IMG/VR virus record: IMGVR_UViG_3300032038_000072
Location: 2,384 to 66,383 of that record
Direction: 5' to 3' (one strand)
Source: a virus
Lineage: Duplodnaviria; Caudoviricetes
Length of the DNA: 64,000 nucleotides
The translations under genes and the position numbers were made by a program. Below, in pieces: positions 62,036 through 64,000 of the stretch. Under the pieces are notes generated by a model. That model did not search any database. It had not been told where the DNA came from and saw only the letters and a program-made list of their open reading frames with translations. Numbering within the stretch: the stretch's first letter is position 1; the number at the start of each line of letters is the position of its first letter.

Positions 62036-63247
62036 TCACCATTCATTTGTTCCGCCCTTGGCGATAAAGCCGTCGGCGTAGTAGTTGTTTTCGCCCGAAA
62101 CTTTCAGGTCGTAGACTGGACAGAATTCATCGTATTCGATAGATACAAGTTCTAACCCGCCGCGCAATTTCTTGCCAAGCTTCATATTGCCAACAGTTAC
62201 AAACGTGCCGTCATCGCAAAGAATCGGCTGTGTCGATGTAGTAAACGCGACATGGTAGTCGTCGTTTTCGTCTGTCGCTGTAAACGCATACACATCAGCA
62301 TAATGCGGTTCCATGACGCTCAAGACTTCTTCCACGCTTTCCGTTCCGTCAACATGCGGACAAAGCACCTTGTCGCCTCTGACAATATCCTGAATATATT
62401 TCGCAGTTCCGTCTGCCATCTTGATAAGCGTGTCTGCACCGAAACACCAAGCGCTTGCCCAACCGGAAGCGATACCGCCGAACAGGCCGCCAAGCGTGTT
62501 TCCAAGTAGACCGCCGCCACCGCTCATGTTCTGCGTTGCTGTCGTCGTGCCTTTGCCGGAAACTCCCTGCAACGCACCCAACGTGCTTCCGTTTAAGCCC
62601 ATAGATGCGTTCCACAGATTCAATGCAGGCTGTTGCGCCGCTTCCTGTGCCGCCGCGCCTGCCGTGATACGGGCTGTCGCTTGGTCTGTCTGCTGTCCTG
62701 CCAATCCCGACAACAGACCGATGTTCTGCTGGTATGCGTCGCTCATGGCGTTTGCCGCGGCATCGTTAATGCCCTGTACACCCGTGTTCATCACGGAACT
62801 GTTGATAACACCACGGCTTCCCAAATCGTTGAGCAGAGTACCCATCGAATTGTTTACACCGCGCTTGATGGCGGCTTCCATATTCTGTTGGTACGCACTT
62901 GGTAACTGACCGTTAATCAGACCCGCCACCGTGTTGTTTGCGCTGGCAATCTGCGATTGTGCGGCATTGTTCAACCCAGCAAAGTCTACTTTTGTACTGC
63001 CTAACGATTCCCACAGCAAGTCCCTTGCGGTATTGTTCAACCGCAATGCGTTCGGTGCGACCGCTTCGGAGTACCGGGCAGCCTGATCCTGCAACCGCCT
63101 CTCTTCCGGTGTCGGCTGATAACTCTGTACGGTAGTGCTGCTCCCACCCTTTTTAAAATTGCAATGCAGGGATTTGCGGTCAAAGCAGATTTCACTCTGT
63201 CCGCGTCTTCCCTTTTTGCAGATTTCAAAAATTAAATTTATCATCAT
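62036..63247 (-). CDS. P22 gp7-like ejection protein with C-terminal Hint domain
   Basis: N-terminal leader then KKGG motif; W-CFGADT...VYDLKVSGENNYYADG Hint. Confidence 0.8.
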   Translation of the reverse strand: MMINLIFEICKKGRRGQSEICFDRKSLHCNFKKGGSSTTVQSYQPTPEERRLQDQAARYSEAVAPNALRLNNTARDLLWESLGSTKVDFAGLNNAAQSQIASANNTVAGLINGQLPSAYQQNMEAAIKRGVNNSMGTLLNDLGSRGVINSSVMNTGVQGINDAAANAMSDAYQQNIGLLSGLAGQQTDQATARITAGAAAQEAAQQPALNLWNASMGLNGSTLGALQGVSGKGTTTATQNMSGGGGLLGNTLGGLFGGIASGWASAWCFGADTLIKMADGTAKYIQDIVRGDKVLCPHVDGTESVEEVLSVMEPHYADVYAFTATDENDDYHVAFTTSTQPILCDDGTFVTVGNMKLGKKLRGGLELVSIEYDEFCPVYDLKVSGENNYYADGFIAKGGTNEW

Positions 63248-63281
63248 CTGTCACCCTTTCTGAAAAGTGAACAGGAAAGGC

Positions 63282-63743
63282 TTATTCTGCACAGGTTGGG
63301 CCTTCCCCTTGTGTCAAATACTTGGTTACATAATAGGTTGGAATGCCTGATTTTTCGTCCACGCCGCGATGTGTTATCACCACGTTGCGCCCCAGTTCGT
63401 CCTTGCAAAAGAATCTTTTCTGCCCGTTTACGTCCAGTTCTTTTTCAATGCGCCAATGCCAAAATCGGATGTACGGCTTAATCTTTCTTGTGCAGATCGT
63501 CATCAGCTTCGTGTAACCGCTCTGCAAGGCAATCATTTCACAAACGTCGTACCAAAAGTGGCCATCGCCGCATGTTAAGTATATTAAAAAGATGCCGCCC
63601 TCGTGGTCGGGTTTAAACACGGTAAACCCTCTGTACGGCATCCACAAGAAATTGAAACCGGCAGGACATTCAAACTTATCCTGCGTTTTTTCCTCGTAAA
63701 ACTGAATCCATTCTTCCAATGTGTGGGGAATTTTATAGTTCAC
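63282..63743 (-). CDS. GNAT-like protein (P22 gp14 position)
   Basis: 153-aa alpha/beta protein directly upstream of gp7-like gene. Confidence 0.45.
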   Translation of the reverse strand: MNYKIPHTLEEWIQFYEEKTQDKFECPAGFNFLWMPYRGFTVFKPDHEGGIFLIYLTCGDGHFWYDVCEMIALQSGYTKLMTICTRKIKPYIRFWHWRIEKELDVNGQKRFFCKDELGRNVVITHRGVDEKSGIPTYYVTKYLTQGEGPTCAE

Positions 63744-63771
63744 GTTTCCTCTCCCCTTCCCTCTTTATCCT

Positions 63772-63978
63772 CTAACTCTGAAACTTCGCTTCCAACACCT
63801 TCCACAATGCGTACCAATACTTTTCCTTGCGCGTAAATGCGTTTTCGGAAATGCCGCACCTCGGCGTTACGCCAGCCAGCGAACACACCAGCGCGTACAT
63901 GTACTGTTCTTCCAATGTTTCCGGTTTCGGCAGGTTTTCTACAAGTCCAGAAACTGTCTGTGTCGCCATGTAAACCAC
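63772..63978 (-). CDS. Small protein with LPKP.T.EEQY motif
   Basis: GAGGTG SD; similar to 44178-44405. Confidence 0.65.
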   Translation of the reverse strand: MVYMATQTVSGLVENLPKPETLEEQYMYALVCSLAGVTPRCGISENAFTRKEKYWYALWKVLEAKFQS

Positions 63979-64000
63979 CTCACTGCCACGGCGTAATGCG

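Noticed and set aside
62036-62456. Hint domain as a splicing intein or homing element
   Set aside because: No terminal His-Asn, no C-extein and no endonuclease; a cleavage-only Hint is more likely.

Overview
The window is most of a temperate, podovirus-like tailed phage genome. Firmicutes-type Shine-Dalgarno (SD) sites and integrase, combined with a spanin-like pair and a CBD-less amidase, suggest a diderm Firmicutes (Negativicutes) host; this is an inference. Layout: (1) 1-2486, a diversity-generating retroelement (RT truncated by the window edge, TR, avd, VR-bearing fibre/RBP gene; 20 TR/VR mismatches, all at TR adenines). (2) 2490-14278, tail, head and packaging genes on the minus strand. 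(3) 14279-16553, a RepL-like gene and structured non-coding DNA. (4) 16554-23588, a plus-strand cluster of about 20 small early genes with four near-consensus sigma-A promoters. (5) 23625-39264, minus-strand accessory, replication and recombination genes plus cro. (6) cI, integrase and an intact attP. (7) Lysis genes. (8) A 4951-aa polyvalent ejection protein and three further ejection proteins, one ending in a Hint domain. Two things stand out beyond the DGR. First, an about 80-nt promoter- and terminator-bounded RNA (37922-38003) displays UUGCUC three times and is complementary to an extended RBS motif (AACGAAAGGAGCAA) found before at least 14 phage genes, including cI and int. Second, several SD-preceded small genes are overprinted in the +1 frame inside the giant protein. 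Two of them are paralogues better conserved than the host frame (29/64 vs 19/64 identities), and each follows a copy of a duplicated domain, suggesting nested immunity or chaperone genes in a polyprotein punctuated by KY[S/A] junction motifs. All family assignments are by motif recognition, not database search.
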